In this document: in pieces, positions 46,238 through 56,450 of the stretch
Layout: every line of letters starts with the position of its first letter
Position numbering within the stretch: the stretch's first letter is position 1
Origin: Candidatus Woykebacteria bacterium RBG_13_40_15
GTDB taxonomy: Bacteria > Patescibacteriota > Microgenomatia > Woykebacterales > RBG-16-39-9b
DNA length: 64,000 bases
Direction of reading: 5' to 3'
NCBI GenBank assembly: GCA_001816655.1
Contig: MHCP01000028.1
Location: forward strand, 30,309-94,308
Notes under the pieces: model-generated
What the model was told of the DNA's origin: nothing
Seen by the model: only the letters and a program-made list of their open reading frames with translations
Databases searched by the model: none
Made by a program: the position numbers and the translations under genes

Positions 46238-48055
46238 TTATGTTCCCCACCTTGAAAGTAGTATACTTAAATCAAATATATCAACTATCCCACTACTATT
46301 CAAATCTGCCGCCACATTGCTGCTTCCCCACCTAGTCAGAAGGATGCTTAAATCAAAGATGTCTACTTTCCCATCACCGTTTATATCCGCTGTCTTTCTG
46401 GTTGTCGCTGAAGCGGTGCTTGAAGAGGTAGAAGCACTTCCGACTTTATCAATTGCTTTGACGTAGTAACTATAAGAAGTTGCTGGCGTTAACCCAGTGT
46501 CGTTATAACTAGTGGTGTTAACTAAACCCGTGTTAATCTTAATGCCGCCGCGGTAAATATCATAACCGGCCACTCCGATCGCATCTGTACTAGCCGTCCA
46601 GGTAAGATTGATTTGAGTACCGCTGACAGCAGTAGCCGTCAATCCAGTTGGTGCTGATGGCAGTGTATTATCAGTAGTAACGTTTATTGTAGCCGCATTA
46701 GTATTACCAGCGTTATCATAGGTGGTTGCCAAAATAGCGTGATTCCCATCGGCCATTGTGGTCGTATCCCAGCTGTATAAGTAGGGGGAGGATATGTCGG
46801 TAACTTTTAAGCTTCCGTCGATACGAAACTCAACCTTTGAAATTCCATTGGCATCTGAGGTTGTAACCGCTATATTAACGGTCCCACGTAGAAAAGCGGC
46901 GGCTGCTGGCGAGGTAATAGAAGCGGTCGGAGAAGTATTGTCAACCGTCACCGCCACAGCGGAAGAGTTACCCACATTACCAGCATTATCATAGGCTTTG
47001 GCTGATAAGCTGTGCGAACCATCGGTCACCGCTGTTGTATCCCAGGAATAAGCAAAGGGGGAAGACGTGTCAGTAGATTTCAACCCCCCATCAACATAAA
47101 ATTCGACTTTTGTTACACCGACAGTGTCGGAAGCAGTCGCTGTTGCATTCACCGTTCCCCGAACAAGTGCTCCACCAACAGGTGCGGAGATGTAAACTGT
47201 GGGAGCATTATTATCAACGATAACATTAATCGTTGCTGTAGTTGTATTATTCGAGTCATACGCTTTTGCTGATATGGTGTGACCGCCATCAGTTAATGTC
47301 GTGGCATCTAAAGAATATGCGTAGGGCGTCGTTGTGTCGATACTTTTGGAACTGCCATCCACCAAGAATTCTACTTGGGTTACGCCTAAATCATCTGAAG
47401 CAGTCGCCGTAACATTAACTGTTCCTTTAACAGTTGAGCCGGCCGCTGGATTGGTAATCGTTACCGTTGGCGGCGGATTGACAACAGTGAAAGTACCGCT
47501 AGTTGTATTACCTAAAATGTCGATGTTGTCCGTACTTCGCACGATTGCAGATCCGGCTGCAAAACTTACCGCTGTTGCACCAGGCACATATTTTGCTTTA
47601 AAAGTAACTGTCGCCACGAGTTGATCACCAGTAACCGGTGTCGCACCACCGGCTAACGCTCTGGCGATCCGGATTGAGCCAGCCCCACCGCTACCTTCCG
47701 CGACGGTTGTAAACGAGGTACCGGCGGGCGGATTATCAAGACTGACAAAATCTAGCTTTGTAGCATCATACGTTAAGTTAGCTTGGACGGCATTAACCGG
47801 TTCAGTATTACTGTTTTCTCTGACCTGGACAGTGAAGTTTGTTCCTTGGTTAATGCTCTGAGTTGCTGGTGAAATGGATAAAGTTATCCCAGCCAGGGCC
47901 CTACTTCGAAATTCCCGGGCGTTTAGCACCGCAATTACCGTCAGCGGGATAGAAATCAAAATAATTAGGGTAGCTAAAATCACCGGTAAATCTTTTGGGT
48001 TATAAGGTGGGTTGATAATTCGGCGGTATTTTCTAAGCAACTCGGCAGTTTTCAT
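46238..48055 (-). CDS. Surface protein: cohesin + 3 Ig-like (Big) + FN3 + dockerin
   Basis: Cohesin pattern (NAVQANLTYD...VATVTFKAK); repeated V.F.VDG...D...PY...WDTT; C-terminal DINGDGKVDIFDLSILL x2. Confidence 0.8.
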   Translation of the reverse strand: MKTAELLRKYRRIINPPYNPKDLPVILATLIILISIPLTVIAVLNAREFRSRALAGITLSISPATQSINQGTNFTVQVRENSNTEPVNAVQANLTYDATKLDFVSLDNPPAGTSFTTVAEGSGGAGSIRIARALAGGATPVTGDQLVATVTFKAKYVPGATAVSFAAGSAIVRSTDNIDILGNTTSGTFTVVNPPPTVTITNPAAGSTVKGTVNVTATASDDLGVTQVEFLVDGSSKSIDTTTPYAYSLDATTLTDGGHTISAKAYDSNNTTTATINVIVDNNAPTVYISAPVGGALVRGTVNATATASDTVGVTKVEFYVDGGLKSTDTSSPFAYSWDTTAVTDGSHSLSAKAYDNAGNVGNSSAVAVTVDNTSPTASITSPAAAAFLRGTVNIAVTTSDANGISKVEFRIDGSLKVTDISSPYLYSWDTTTMADGNHAILATTYDNAGNTNAATINVTTDNTLPSAPTGLTATAVSGTQINLTWTASTDAIGVAGYDIYRGGIKINTGLVNTTSYNDTGLTPATSYSYYVKAIDKVGSASTSSSTASATTRKTADINGDGKVDIFDLSILLTRWGSSNVAADLNSSGIVDIFDLSILLSRWGT

Positions 48056-48096
48056 TTCTTTATTTAAGTATTGCCCCTTGTCGTTTACTTGTCAAC

Positions 48097-50661
48097 CTAA
48101 CTCCCCCAATAAGAAAGGAGAATCGAGAGATCGAAGATATCTACTGTACCATTTTTATTTAAATCGGCGGTCGTATCGCTGCTTCCCCAACGAGTCAAAA
48201 GGATAGAAAGATCAAAGATATCGACTTTTCCGTCACTATTCAAATCCCCAGTCTTTGTTAAGCTGGTTACTTGATAAACCGCACTTGTCGAAGCGCTGTA
48301 ACTGGCAGCCGAAGAATTGGTCGCGGTAGTGGAGATTGTGTAGTTACCGGCGGAAGCTGAGGTTGATGATGTCACTTTGATTGTTGAACTCCCATTCGCG
48401 CCGGAAGTTAAGGTTAAAGATGCTGGTGTGAATGTGGCTGACCAACCAGTTGGGACAATACTAGAGAGCGAAAAGGTTGAGCTGCCACAGACTGAATTGT
48501 CACTATTAGTCACCGATACTGTATAGCTTAAGGTGGTTCCGGCTGTTCCTCCCTGGCTGGCGGGAGCTAAACTCACAGTTGGATTGGCTCTGGTGCAGGT
48601 TGCATTATTAACTGTCACTGACACGGTACTTGCGCCACCCAGGTTATTTGGAACACCAAAAGCTTCACCGGATTTATCATAAGCTGTGGCGGTAAGGGTA
48701 TATCCACCATCCGCTACTTTCGTCGTATCCCAAGGTACACTAAATGGCTCTGTCGTATCGGTAGCAATTACTTGCCCCATTCCCCCGTAGGGAATGTAAG
48801 CGAATTCCACTTCTTTAATACCAGAGGCATCGGCGGCGTTGGCAGCAATTGTAACCGTGCCCGAAACTGTTGCTCCGGAACTTGGCGCAGTAATCGAAAC
48901 AGTTGGAACGGTAAAGTCGGTCTTGCCTAGAACAACATTTAAAGTTAAAGCCGAGGCGGTTGCCGATGTCACCGCTATTCGGGTACCGGTATCCGGATCG
49001 GTGAAAGACGAGCCAGGCGTCACAACGATTGTACTAATACTAATAGGCGGGGTTGGATCAAGAAGCGCGGTCTTGTTAATTGGGGAAAGAGGGATGTGAA
49101 GAAGAGCGCCTTGGTAAACACTGTCTGACGGGCTTTTTGCCGAATCAAAACCAATTGGTTGGCGGTATTCAACATAGAGATAATCGGCCGTAGACTGGCC
49201 CCGCTGAATCTTCAAGGCTTTCAGGCTAGCTGTAGCTCTCTCAATCGGTTCTAAAACATAAGCCCCACTAGTCGTAACTGTCTGAATATTGGTCGGGTCA
49301 AACCAACCCACATTTTCTTTATGGGCAGCGTTGAAGTGAAAAGGTGGGCTAGTAGACCCCATAATATCGTAGGGATCACCATATTCGTAAACAGTACAGC
49401 CAGAGGGGGCAATAGTGACGCTGCCGCAATCAAGTAGTGAGGCGTGGCCACTACCAAAGCCATGGCCTAGTTCATGACCGACTAGCCCAAGATCAAACCC
49501 ATAATTCGACACAATGGAAGCCCAGGATAAACTGACATTACCGTCAGCGGTAACTATTGTAGTTTTCCCTATGCTGGCCGCTCCTGCCCAACCGCAGCTC
49601 GGACCATAAGGGGCAATAATAACAAGACGGCTGTAGTTTGGAAAATAAACAGCACTGTCAGCTAAATTTATAGCTTCCTGCAAAACAGTACCACCGGCAC
49701 TGCAGGTTTGGTCTATCGGTAGTGTATACCAACCATAAACATCACCGGTTATGCTGATTTTGTTGTAGGAAAGTTCAGCGTAGAAATTATTAATCTGCGT
49801 ATCAACAAAATTATCCACCTGGGCGCTGGTAAAAGAGGGCTGAGCGGTGTTTTGAAAATTTACCAGTAAAGTGACTGTTCTCTGTTGCCCCAGAACCGGT
49901 GGATTGCCCGGTTGCGACACCACATCAATCCCGCCTTTAAGGTCGCCGGCTTGGGAAAGCGGGCGGCTGCCATCAAAAACAAGATCATTATCAATCTGCA
50001 TTCCTTTGACTTTAACCCTGGTTCGGGATTCTAAAAAGGCCCGAAGACCACCGGCCGGATGGATACTTATCTTTTTTCCGCTGTCAGTTTTCAGGGTATA
50101 ACTGGTTGTGCTTGTTCCTTCCTTGAAAAAGTCGGCGTGCACTACCTCAAGCTGTCCCTCAATGGTTGCTGATCTTTCCAGACAGTTTTGCGCTAATGGG
50201 GCAAAGTTGCTTCTCTCCTGATCAGAAAGAAGCGAGTTTAAAGCCTGGTCGGGATTTTGGCGCATGGTTTCCACTAAGTCGCTCTTTCGTTCTTGAAGGA
50301 GACTCTGAAGTTCTTTGGCGGCTTTCACGCTGCCATCTTTTTTAAACTCTTGCTGCTTTTGGGTAAGATCCACCGTAACACTGGCAAGCTTTGAAGCAGC
50401 AACTTTAGCTCTGTTTTTATCCGGTCTTTCGCTAAAACTTTCCAAAGGTTCCGCCGAACAGTAAACCTTCTGAACTATCTGCTGACCACTTGGATTAGCT
50501 ACTGCTTTCGAAGTCGGCTCCCTAGTCTGCAGAATAGAAATTACGGTCAAGGGGATGGTGATAAGAAGAAACACGGTTAAAAAAAGGCTTATCAAATCCC
50601 TTGGATCATAAGGGGGATTAATGCTTTTGCGATACTTTTGAAAAAGATCGGCAGCCCTCAC
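48097..50661 (-). CDS. Secreted zinc metallopeptidase (gametolysin/M11-like) + Ig + dockerin
   Basis: HELGHGFGSGHA, EYGDPYDIMG, Ig domains, duplicated dockerin EF-hand loops. Confidence 0.8.
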   Translation of the reverse strand: MRAADLFQKYRKSINPPYDPRDLISLFLTVFLLITIPLTVISILQTREPTSKAVANPSGQQIVQKVYCSAEPLESFSERPDKNRAKVAASKLASVTVDLTQKQQEFKKDGSVKAAKELQSLLQERKSDLVETMRQNPDQALNSLLSDQERSNFAPLAQNCLERSATIEGQLEVVHADFFKEGTSTTSYTLKTDSGKKISIHPAGGLRAFLESRTRVKVKGMQIDNDLVFDGSRPLSQAGDLKGGIDVVSQPGNPPVLGQQRTVTLLVNFQNTAQPSFTSAQVDNFVDTQINNFYAELSYNKISITGDVYGWYTLPIDQTCSAGGTVLQEAINLADSAVYFPNYSRLVIIAPYGPSCGWAGAASIGKTTIVTADGNVSLSWASIVSNYGFDLGLVGHELGHGFGSGHASLLDCGSVTIAPSGCTVYEYGDPYDIMGSTSPPFHFNAAHKENVGWFDPTNIQTVTTSGAYVLEPIERATASLKALKIQRGQSTADYLYVEYRQPIGFDSAKSPSDSVYQGALLHIPLSPINKTALLDPTPPISISTIVVTPGSSFTDPDTGTRIAVTSATASALTLNVVLGKTDFTVPTVSITAPSSGATVSGTVTIAANAADASGIKEVEFAYIPYGGMGQVIATDTTEPFSVPWDTTKVADGGYTLTATAYDKSGEAFGVPNNLGGASTVSVTVNNATCTRANPTVSLAPASQGGTAGTTLSYTVSVTNSDNSVCGSSTFSLSSIVPTGWSATFTPASLTLTSGANGSSTIKVTSSTSASAGNYTISTTATNSSAASYSASTSAVYQVTSLTKTGDLNSDGKVDIFDLSILLTRWGSSDTTADLNKNGTVDIFDLSILLSYWGS

Positions 50662-50725
50662 AATTAAATTGTAGGATTCAATTTCTGACCTGTCAACTTG
50701 GACGGGGAATAGGAACCAGAGCCCT

Positions 50726-53700
50726 TTAAATTCCCCAGTGGGAAAGGAGAATCGAGAGATCGAAGATATCTACTGTACCATTTTTATTCAAATCAGCGGC
50801 TGTATCGCTGCTTCCCCAACGAGTCAAAATGATAGAAAGATCAAAGATATCTACCTTGCCATCGCCATTTATATCGCCGATCTTGCCTGCGTTTGAGACA
50901 TTCACAGTAATGGTTGCTGATGTACCAATATTATTGGCGGCATCATAGGCTTTGGCGGAAAGTGTATGGGAGCCGTTGGAATAAGCTGTAGTATTCCAAG
51001 AAAAACTGTATGGGCTTGTTGTATCTGTAGTATTCAATGTCCCATCAACCAAAAAATCCACTTCGGTTACCCCAGTGTTATCCGAAGCAGTAGCCGCAAC
51101 TGCTACTGTTCCCGAAACCGCTGCTCCCACCGCAGGCGAAGTGATAGCCACTGTCGGCGGAGTTATATCACTAGTCTCGTAAGTAATAACTAACTCACCT
51201 ATATTTGCCCACGAGGAATCCCTCTCAAAGGAAATCAAGGGACCAGCAGTTGCTGAACCATTATTACTAATAACAAAAGCCATTGACTTCCCACTCTCCC
51301 AGTTTTCTTGATCAACTAACTCCTGCACAATCGAAGTAATCTTCGAGGTAAACTCATAGCTACCAAAACTAGTGATATTCCAATCTGCGTAAGCAACGGT
51401 GGTCGGTAAATTCGCTGGGTTATTGCTTGTGGAAAAAGTAGCCACATCCGGATCAGCCACGCCCTTCAGCTTCAAGTTCAAAGCCGGAACCGCATTATTT
51501 GGTGAAAAAATAAGGGCCGCATTAGTAATTTTTGCCCCACGGGGAATATGAAGATCTGTAAACCGAAAACCAGTGGTAAGATTTTTTGAACACGAAGGAT
51601 TGTAACCGATCCAAAGATTATCCCCCGTAAGCTCCAGGAAACAACTATCAACTGCATCGTCAGAGCCAAGTGTGATTTTTTTGAATACATTGGTAACAGG
51701 AGGGATTGTCGGATCCGGCGTAATGCCAGGATCAGTGTTGAACGGGTTCTTATAAATAAGAACGCGGCTCCGATTACCATCGACAATATATAAATTGTCG
51801 AATTTATCAAAAGTAGCCCCAAGCGGCAATATAGTAAAATCTCTAAGATAGCCGGTTGGAAGGATTTCAGGACCGGTTGGATCATCATAGTAGCCAATAA
51901 AACCTCCATGCTTATACGCATTGTAACCAACTGCCATTCGGTTAGTAGAGTCAAAGGCCGGCTCCCAAGTAGCAGCAATTTGGGAACTTTTTTCGGGAAA
52001 ACTTTTGGCTGCAAAGGGCCCAAAGCACACTTTCGTATTATTCTCTGTGCAAGCATCAATCACGCTTTGGGTAAAAATAAGCAGGCGGAAGTTGCCGCTT
52101 GCCTCAAGAGAATGATCAGAAACGTAAAGATTCCCTTTTCGATCAAAAGAAAGAGCGCCGGGAGCATTAAGAAAATTTAACGGGGGTGCTTGACCCTCGC
52201 TAAAAGTTTGACCGCGATTTGGCAATACGCTAGTTGCGTCCTCTTGACCAAGAATAACATCAACAACCGGATTTGATCCCAGCGGATCTCTGACTCTAAA
52301 TACCCGGTTGTTGCCCGGTTCCGAAATCCAAAGGTATTCCCCATGAGCAGTTGGAGCAATTCCGGGAGAGTCTCTCGTTTCTGGTATCTGGCCACCGCCT
52401 AAAACATTAAAGGGGTAACCAATAATTTTAATCAGCTTATCCCCGATTTTAACCGGCGCCTGAAAAACCCTGACATTGTAGTCGGTTCTAACCCAAATCC
52501 TGCTATCAGCGTCGGATTTAATTTGAGTATAGTAGCCGCGAATAACATTTCCTTCCAAAGTTTCGAGATCTCTCTGGCCAATAACTCCATCAGCGGGCTG
52601 CCCGCTCACCAAAGAAGTAGGATTATTCCAAAAAAGGATTCTCGCTGCCCCATCACTAACAAAAAGCTGGTTGGCAGCGACAGCAATACCGCTGCCAGAT
52701 ATCATTCTTCTGCCACTAATACCATTAGGCTCCCCGGGAGCAATGGGACTGAATAAATCACGGTTTGGATTAAGTGATGACGCTGGGTTAACTAGCGGAT
52801 TATTAAAAAGATAAACCGATGCCCCAGTACCGTCGGATCTTGCAACAAGCACATTACCCTGAGCATCAATTCCAATTTCTCCTAAGCTAGCTCCACCATC
52901 TGGATTTAGGGTTTTTTTAAGTGTAGCTCCATCCCAGCCAAAAAGAACAACTTTGCCATGCTGCGAATCATTAATCCACAAGCCTGCTCCGCTTGGATCA
53001 ACTTCACCCATATAAGGCACCCGCAGCCCTGTTCCGAAAGTACCAGAAGCTGTCATACCATTGGTGAAATCAGGATTGGGTGTGAAAACTAAAACCCGGT
53101 CATTGCCTCCATCAGCAACGTAGAGCTTGCCATCCGGACCAAAGCGCAGAGAGTTGGGATTTGCCATTTGATTTAAACCGCTTCCTTTGTGATCCCAGCC
53201 AGTACCAGAAGTAAAGTTATCTTGCCCCAGAACTAAATTAGCGGTTTTTGCAAACAAGCCGGTGGCTTTATCCTTTGGAAATCGCAAAACTCTATTGTTA
53301 CCCTCATCAGCCACCCACAAATCTCCTTTCGCATCAATCGCAACCCCCACACCATGGTAAGACCCAGCAGCTAAATCGTAAAAACAAAGAGTAGAAGCTG
53401 TCGGTTGATTTTCCGGGCTTCCAAAAGAAGCTGAATTCTGGTTGCAGAGATTGCCAGTAAAATCAGTCTGCCCAATCACCTGACTGGCGGAAGCATTGGT
53501 AACCCAGGGGTTGTCGTAAACCAAAACGCGGTGATTTTCCAAATCCGGAACAACTAATCTGCCACCGTCAAGATCCATACCAATAAAGCTTAAGATTTCG
53601 TCCGGGCTATTTACCCCATCATCCATGCCGCAGAGAGTTTGGGCGGAAGCCGGAGCCCTGGTTGGATAATTTTGAAAAGACAAATCCCGGTTGCAGGCGC

Positions 53701-54148
53701 CCCAATCGCTGAGGGAGGGCTGCCCAATAACAATATCGGCACTACAGGCAGAGGATCCCGAGTAACACTTAGCTAAATCAATACCAAGGATACGGCTACG
53801 TTGGGCATCAAAGATATAGGCTCTACCCGGATTGGTAGAGCGATCAACCAATACCCCGCCAACTTTCCGCACATTGTAAGGTAGAATTTCGCCCCTAGAA
53901 AGCTCCCCAAAATCCCTTTGGCCTAAAATTACATCTGCCCAAAGATCCCCAGATACACCTCGAACCGATTGACTCGCTGCTTTTGGCTGATAACTTCTTA
54001 TATTAAAAACTGCAAAAACTGTCAAAGGAATTGCTACAAGGATAAATATCGTAGCTAAAATTGGAAGTAGGTCCTTACGGCTGTAGGGCGGATTTATACT
54101 TTTCCGATATTCGACAGCAGATTTTTGGAACAGATTACAGGCTCTCAT
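50726..54148 (-). CDS. NHL-repeat beta-propeller surface protein + Ig + dockerin
   Basis: Repeated VAD.GN.RVL and A..V.GQ.DF units; Big domain; C-terminal dockerin. Confidence 0.8.
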   Translation of the reverse strand: MRACNLFQKSAVEYRKSINPPYSRKDLLPILATIFILVAIPLTVFAVFNIRSYQPKAASQSVRGVSGDLWADVILGQRDFGELSRGEILPYNVRKVGGVLVDRSTNPGRAYIFDAQRSRILGIDLAKCYSGSSACSADIVIGQPSLSDWGACNRDLSFQNYPTRAPASAQTLCGMDDGVNSPDEILSFIGMDLDGGRLVVPDLENHRVLVYDNPWVTNASASQVIGQTDFTGNLCNQNSASFGSPENQPTASTLCFYDLAAGSYHGVGVAIDAKGDLWVADEGNNRVLRFPKDKATGLFAKTANLVLGQDNFTSGTGWDHKGSGLNQMANPNSLRFGPDGKLYVADGGNDRVLVFTPNPDFTNGMTASGTFGTGLRVPYMGEVDPSGAGLWINDSQHGKVVLFGWDGATLKKTLNPDGGASLGEIGIDAQGNVLVARSDGTGASVYLFNNPLVNPASSLNPNRDLFSPIAPGEPNGISGRRMISGSGIAVAANQLFVSDGAARILFWNNPTSLVSGQPADGVIGQRDLETLEGNVIRGYYTQIKSDADSRIWVRTDYNVRVFQAPVKIGDKLIKIIGYPFNVLGGGQIPETRDSPGIAPTAHGEYLWISEPGNNRVFRVRDPLGSNPVVDVILGQEDATSVLPNRGQTFSEGQAPPLNFLNAPGALSFDRKGNLYVSDHSLEASGNFRLLIFTQSVIDACTENNTKVCFGPFAAKSFPEKSSQIAATWEPAFDSTNRMAVGYNAYKHGGFIGYYDDPTGPEILPTGYLRDFTILPLGATFDKFDNLYIVDGNRSRVLIYKNPFNTDPGITPDPTIPPVTNVFKKITLGSDDAVDSCFLELTGDNLWIGYNPSCSKNLTTGFRFTDLHIPRGAKITNAALIFSPNNAVPALNLKLKGVADPDVATFSTSNNPANLPTTVAYADWNITSFGSYEFTSKITSIVQELVDQENWESGKSMAFVISNNGSATAGPLISFERDSSWANIGELVITYETSDITPPTVAITSPAVGAAVSGTVAVAATASDNTGVTEVDFLVDGTLNTTDTTSPYSFSWNTTAYSNGSHTLSAKAYDAANNIGTSATITVNVSNAGKIGDINGDGKVDIFDLSIILTRWGSSDTAADLNKNGTVDIFDLSILLSHWGI

Positions 54149-54190
54149 GAAGTTAACTTAATTTTCGCTTATTGGACTTTCACTGTCAAT

Positions 54191-55279
54191 TTAATTTGGA
54201 AGGGAGTATGAGCCGGAGCCTAGATTTTTAACTTTCCCTTTTATCTCCATTAAGGAAAGGATTGAGCCTATTTTTGAGGCTGGAAGTTTTGAGGCTCTTG
54301 CTATTTCATCAATATGAGTAGGCCCGTTTCTTAGTAAATCTAAAATTGTTTGCTCTTCCTCTGTATCCCCCTTTATTTCTCTTAAATCTAGCATCTTAGA
54401 TCTTAGATCTATATTTAATTCTTCAAGAATATCCCCAACGTTCATCACTAATTTCGCGCCTTGTTTTATCAATTGTGCTGGCCCTTTTGCGAGGCCTGAA
54501 TAAATCGGTCCCGGAACGGCAAAAACTTCCCTTCCTTGTTCTCCTGCAAGACCCGCTGTAATCAAAGAACCGGAGTCTTCGCCTGCTTCAGTTACAAGAA
54601 CGCCCAGCGAAAGACCAGAAATTATCCTATTTCTCGAAGGGAAATTACCCGGAGTCGCTAGCATCTCAAGTGGATATTCGCTGATAACTGCCCCATCATT
54701 ATTAATAATATTTTCAGCTAAAGAAACGTTTTCAGGCGGATAAATATTGCAGACACCACTTCCAAGTACCGCAATTGTTTTTCCTTTATTTTCCAAAGTA
54801 GCTTTGTGGGCTAAAGAATCTACCCCACGTGCAAGACCGGAAATGATCGTAAAACCAGCCGCAACAAGATCACCAACCAAAATCTCGGTGACTTGTCGAC
54901 CATAACTTGTTATTTTTCGAGATCCAACCACCGCAATGCATCTATTTTCCACACCCAAATCAAGATTTCCTTTTATATATAGCACTGGTGGTGGATCAGA
55001 AATTTCCTTTAAAATAGATGGATAACTTTTATCATCAATTGTAATTACTTTTACATTTTTAGCAGCTATTTTTTTATAGTAGCTGTCGACATCAAAGCTT
55101 TTTCTAAACGCGATAAATTGCCTAAAAATAGCGGGAGTTAATACCTTTTCTAAAACTTCTTCTTTTTCTCTCCAAATATTTTCTGCTGTTTTGAAATGTT
55201 TAATAAGGAGTTTAAAATGAACCGGCCCAATTCCCGGAGTAGCTGCAAGAGCAACATAATAAGGCAGATCAGATTTCAT
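54191..55279 (-). CDS. dprA: DNA processing protein DprA
   Basis: IAVVGSR, ISGLARGVD..AH, FPSRNRIISGLS, EA...SGSLITA, VFAVPG. Confidence 0.97.
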   Translation of the reverse strand: MKSDLPYYVALAATPGIGPVHFKLLIKHFKTAENIWREKEEVLEKVLTPAIFRQFIAFRKSFDVDSYYKKIAAKNVKVITIDDKSYPSILKEISDPPPVLYIKGNLDLGVENRCIAVVGSRKITSYGRQVTEILVGDLVAAGFTIISGLARGVDSLAHKATLENKGKTIAVLGSGVCNIYPPENVSLAENIINNDGAVISEYPLEMLATPGNFPSRNRIISGLSLGVLVTEAGEDSGSLITAGLAGEQGREVFAVPGPIYSGLAKGPAQLIKQGAKLVMNVGDILEELNIDLRSKMLDLREIKGDTEEEQTILDLLRNGPTHIDEIARASKLPASKIGSILSLMEIKGKVKNLGSGSYSLPN

Positions 55280-55439
55280 TTGAGAACCATTATATCAAAA
55301 AGAAAAACGACCCGTTTCCGAGTCGCTTCTCTTCCTAAGAAAACCTCTAATGAGATTTGCTTGGGAAGAACCCCGGTGTCGTGACAAGTCACTTCTTGAC
55401 TCGTACGTCCTGGGGCACTCCTTGCTATTCGGTTCTCGA

Positions 55440-56042
55440 TCAGCAGCCCGGGCTCCCTGGGTTCCAGTGGATGACAACCGTCCCGTCTTCCAACTTCTGG
55501 AAGGTGTAAAGCGGGGCAAGATCGTCTTCCACCAGTGCCACCAGATCCGCAGGCAAATCGTACCGTCCGAGCTTCACACTGGTGGGTCCGCAGGAAGTCA
55601 CACCCAGCGAACTGATGGCGACGTGGGTGAGTACCTCAGCAGTTGTCACGTTGCCCTTCGCCAATTCCTGTTGAGCTTGGGCGATCAAGGAGTCGAAATA
55701 GCCCCGAGCAGTGAAGTCTCTGCCTCCTCCCTCCACACCACTCTTCTCGCTGTACCAGGATGAATGAGTATACAGGTCGGCCTCGACGATATACATGCGT
55801 CCCTGTAAGTCACCGACACTCCCGCTCAGGGTGTAAGGGTACCCGACCTCAGTCCCTCCGACTCTGGCTTGCAGATCTTCGATTTGCTTCTGCTGCTCGT
55901 CGATACGGTCCTGCTGAGCAACGGCCGTTGCTTGTATGTCACCGATCTGACTCCGCAGGGCCTCCTCGTTGTCTGAGCCTCCTCCACAGGCCACTAGGAA
56001 TATGGCGGTCAGAACTGTGGCTATAACCAGAAAACGCCTCAC
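55440..56042 (-). CDS. Putative lipoprotein (GC-rich orphan)
   Basis: MRRFLVIATVLTAIFLVA-C lipobox; AAAGGAG SD. Confidence 0.7.
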   Translation of the reverse strand: MRRFLVIATVLTAIFLVACGGGSDNEEALRSQIGDIQATAVAQQDRIDEQQKQIEDLQARVGGTEVGYPYTLSGSVGDLQGRMYIVEADLYTHSSWYSEKSGVEGGGRDFTARGYFDSLIAQAQQELAKGNVTTAEVLTHVAISSLGVTSCGPTSVKLGRYDLPADLVALVEDDLAPLYTFQKLEDGTVVIHWNPGSPGC

Positions 56043-56450
56043 GGCGTCACTCCTTTCCCCGCCATTTGGCGGACCAACTAGAACAACTAACTTCCATCAT
56101 GACTGCCAACTTAGCCGTCAAGTTACAAATTGGTAACCAAGTTGGCAGCCACAATGTAAGGCGAAAACAACCGAATAAGTTTTCAAGGAACAGAAGTATT
56201 ATACCAAACTATAGGTCAAAAGTCAATCTACGGACTACTCATAATTTATTGCGGGGAAAGTTTTTGGGAAAATTTGTTTGGTCCGAAAAAGAAAAACGAG
56301 CCTTTCGACTCGTTTTTCCTCCTAAATAAACCATGGCTCGCTATAAGCTCACTATGATTTACTTGGGTATGCGAGGAACGGACAAGCCAAAGCTTGTTGC
56401 TCCCGTTCCTCGCTCATTTTCCCTTTCCGTTCTAGCCGAGGCCAGGCCCT

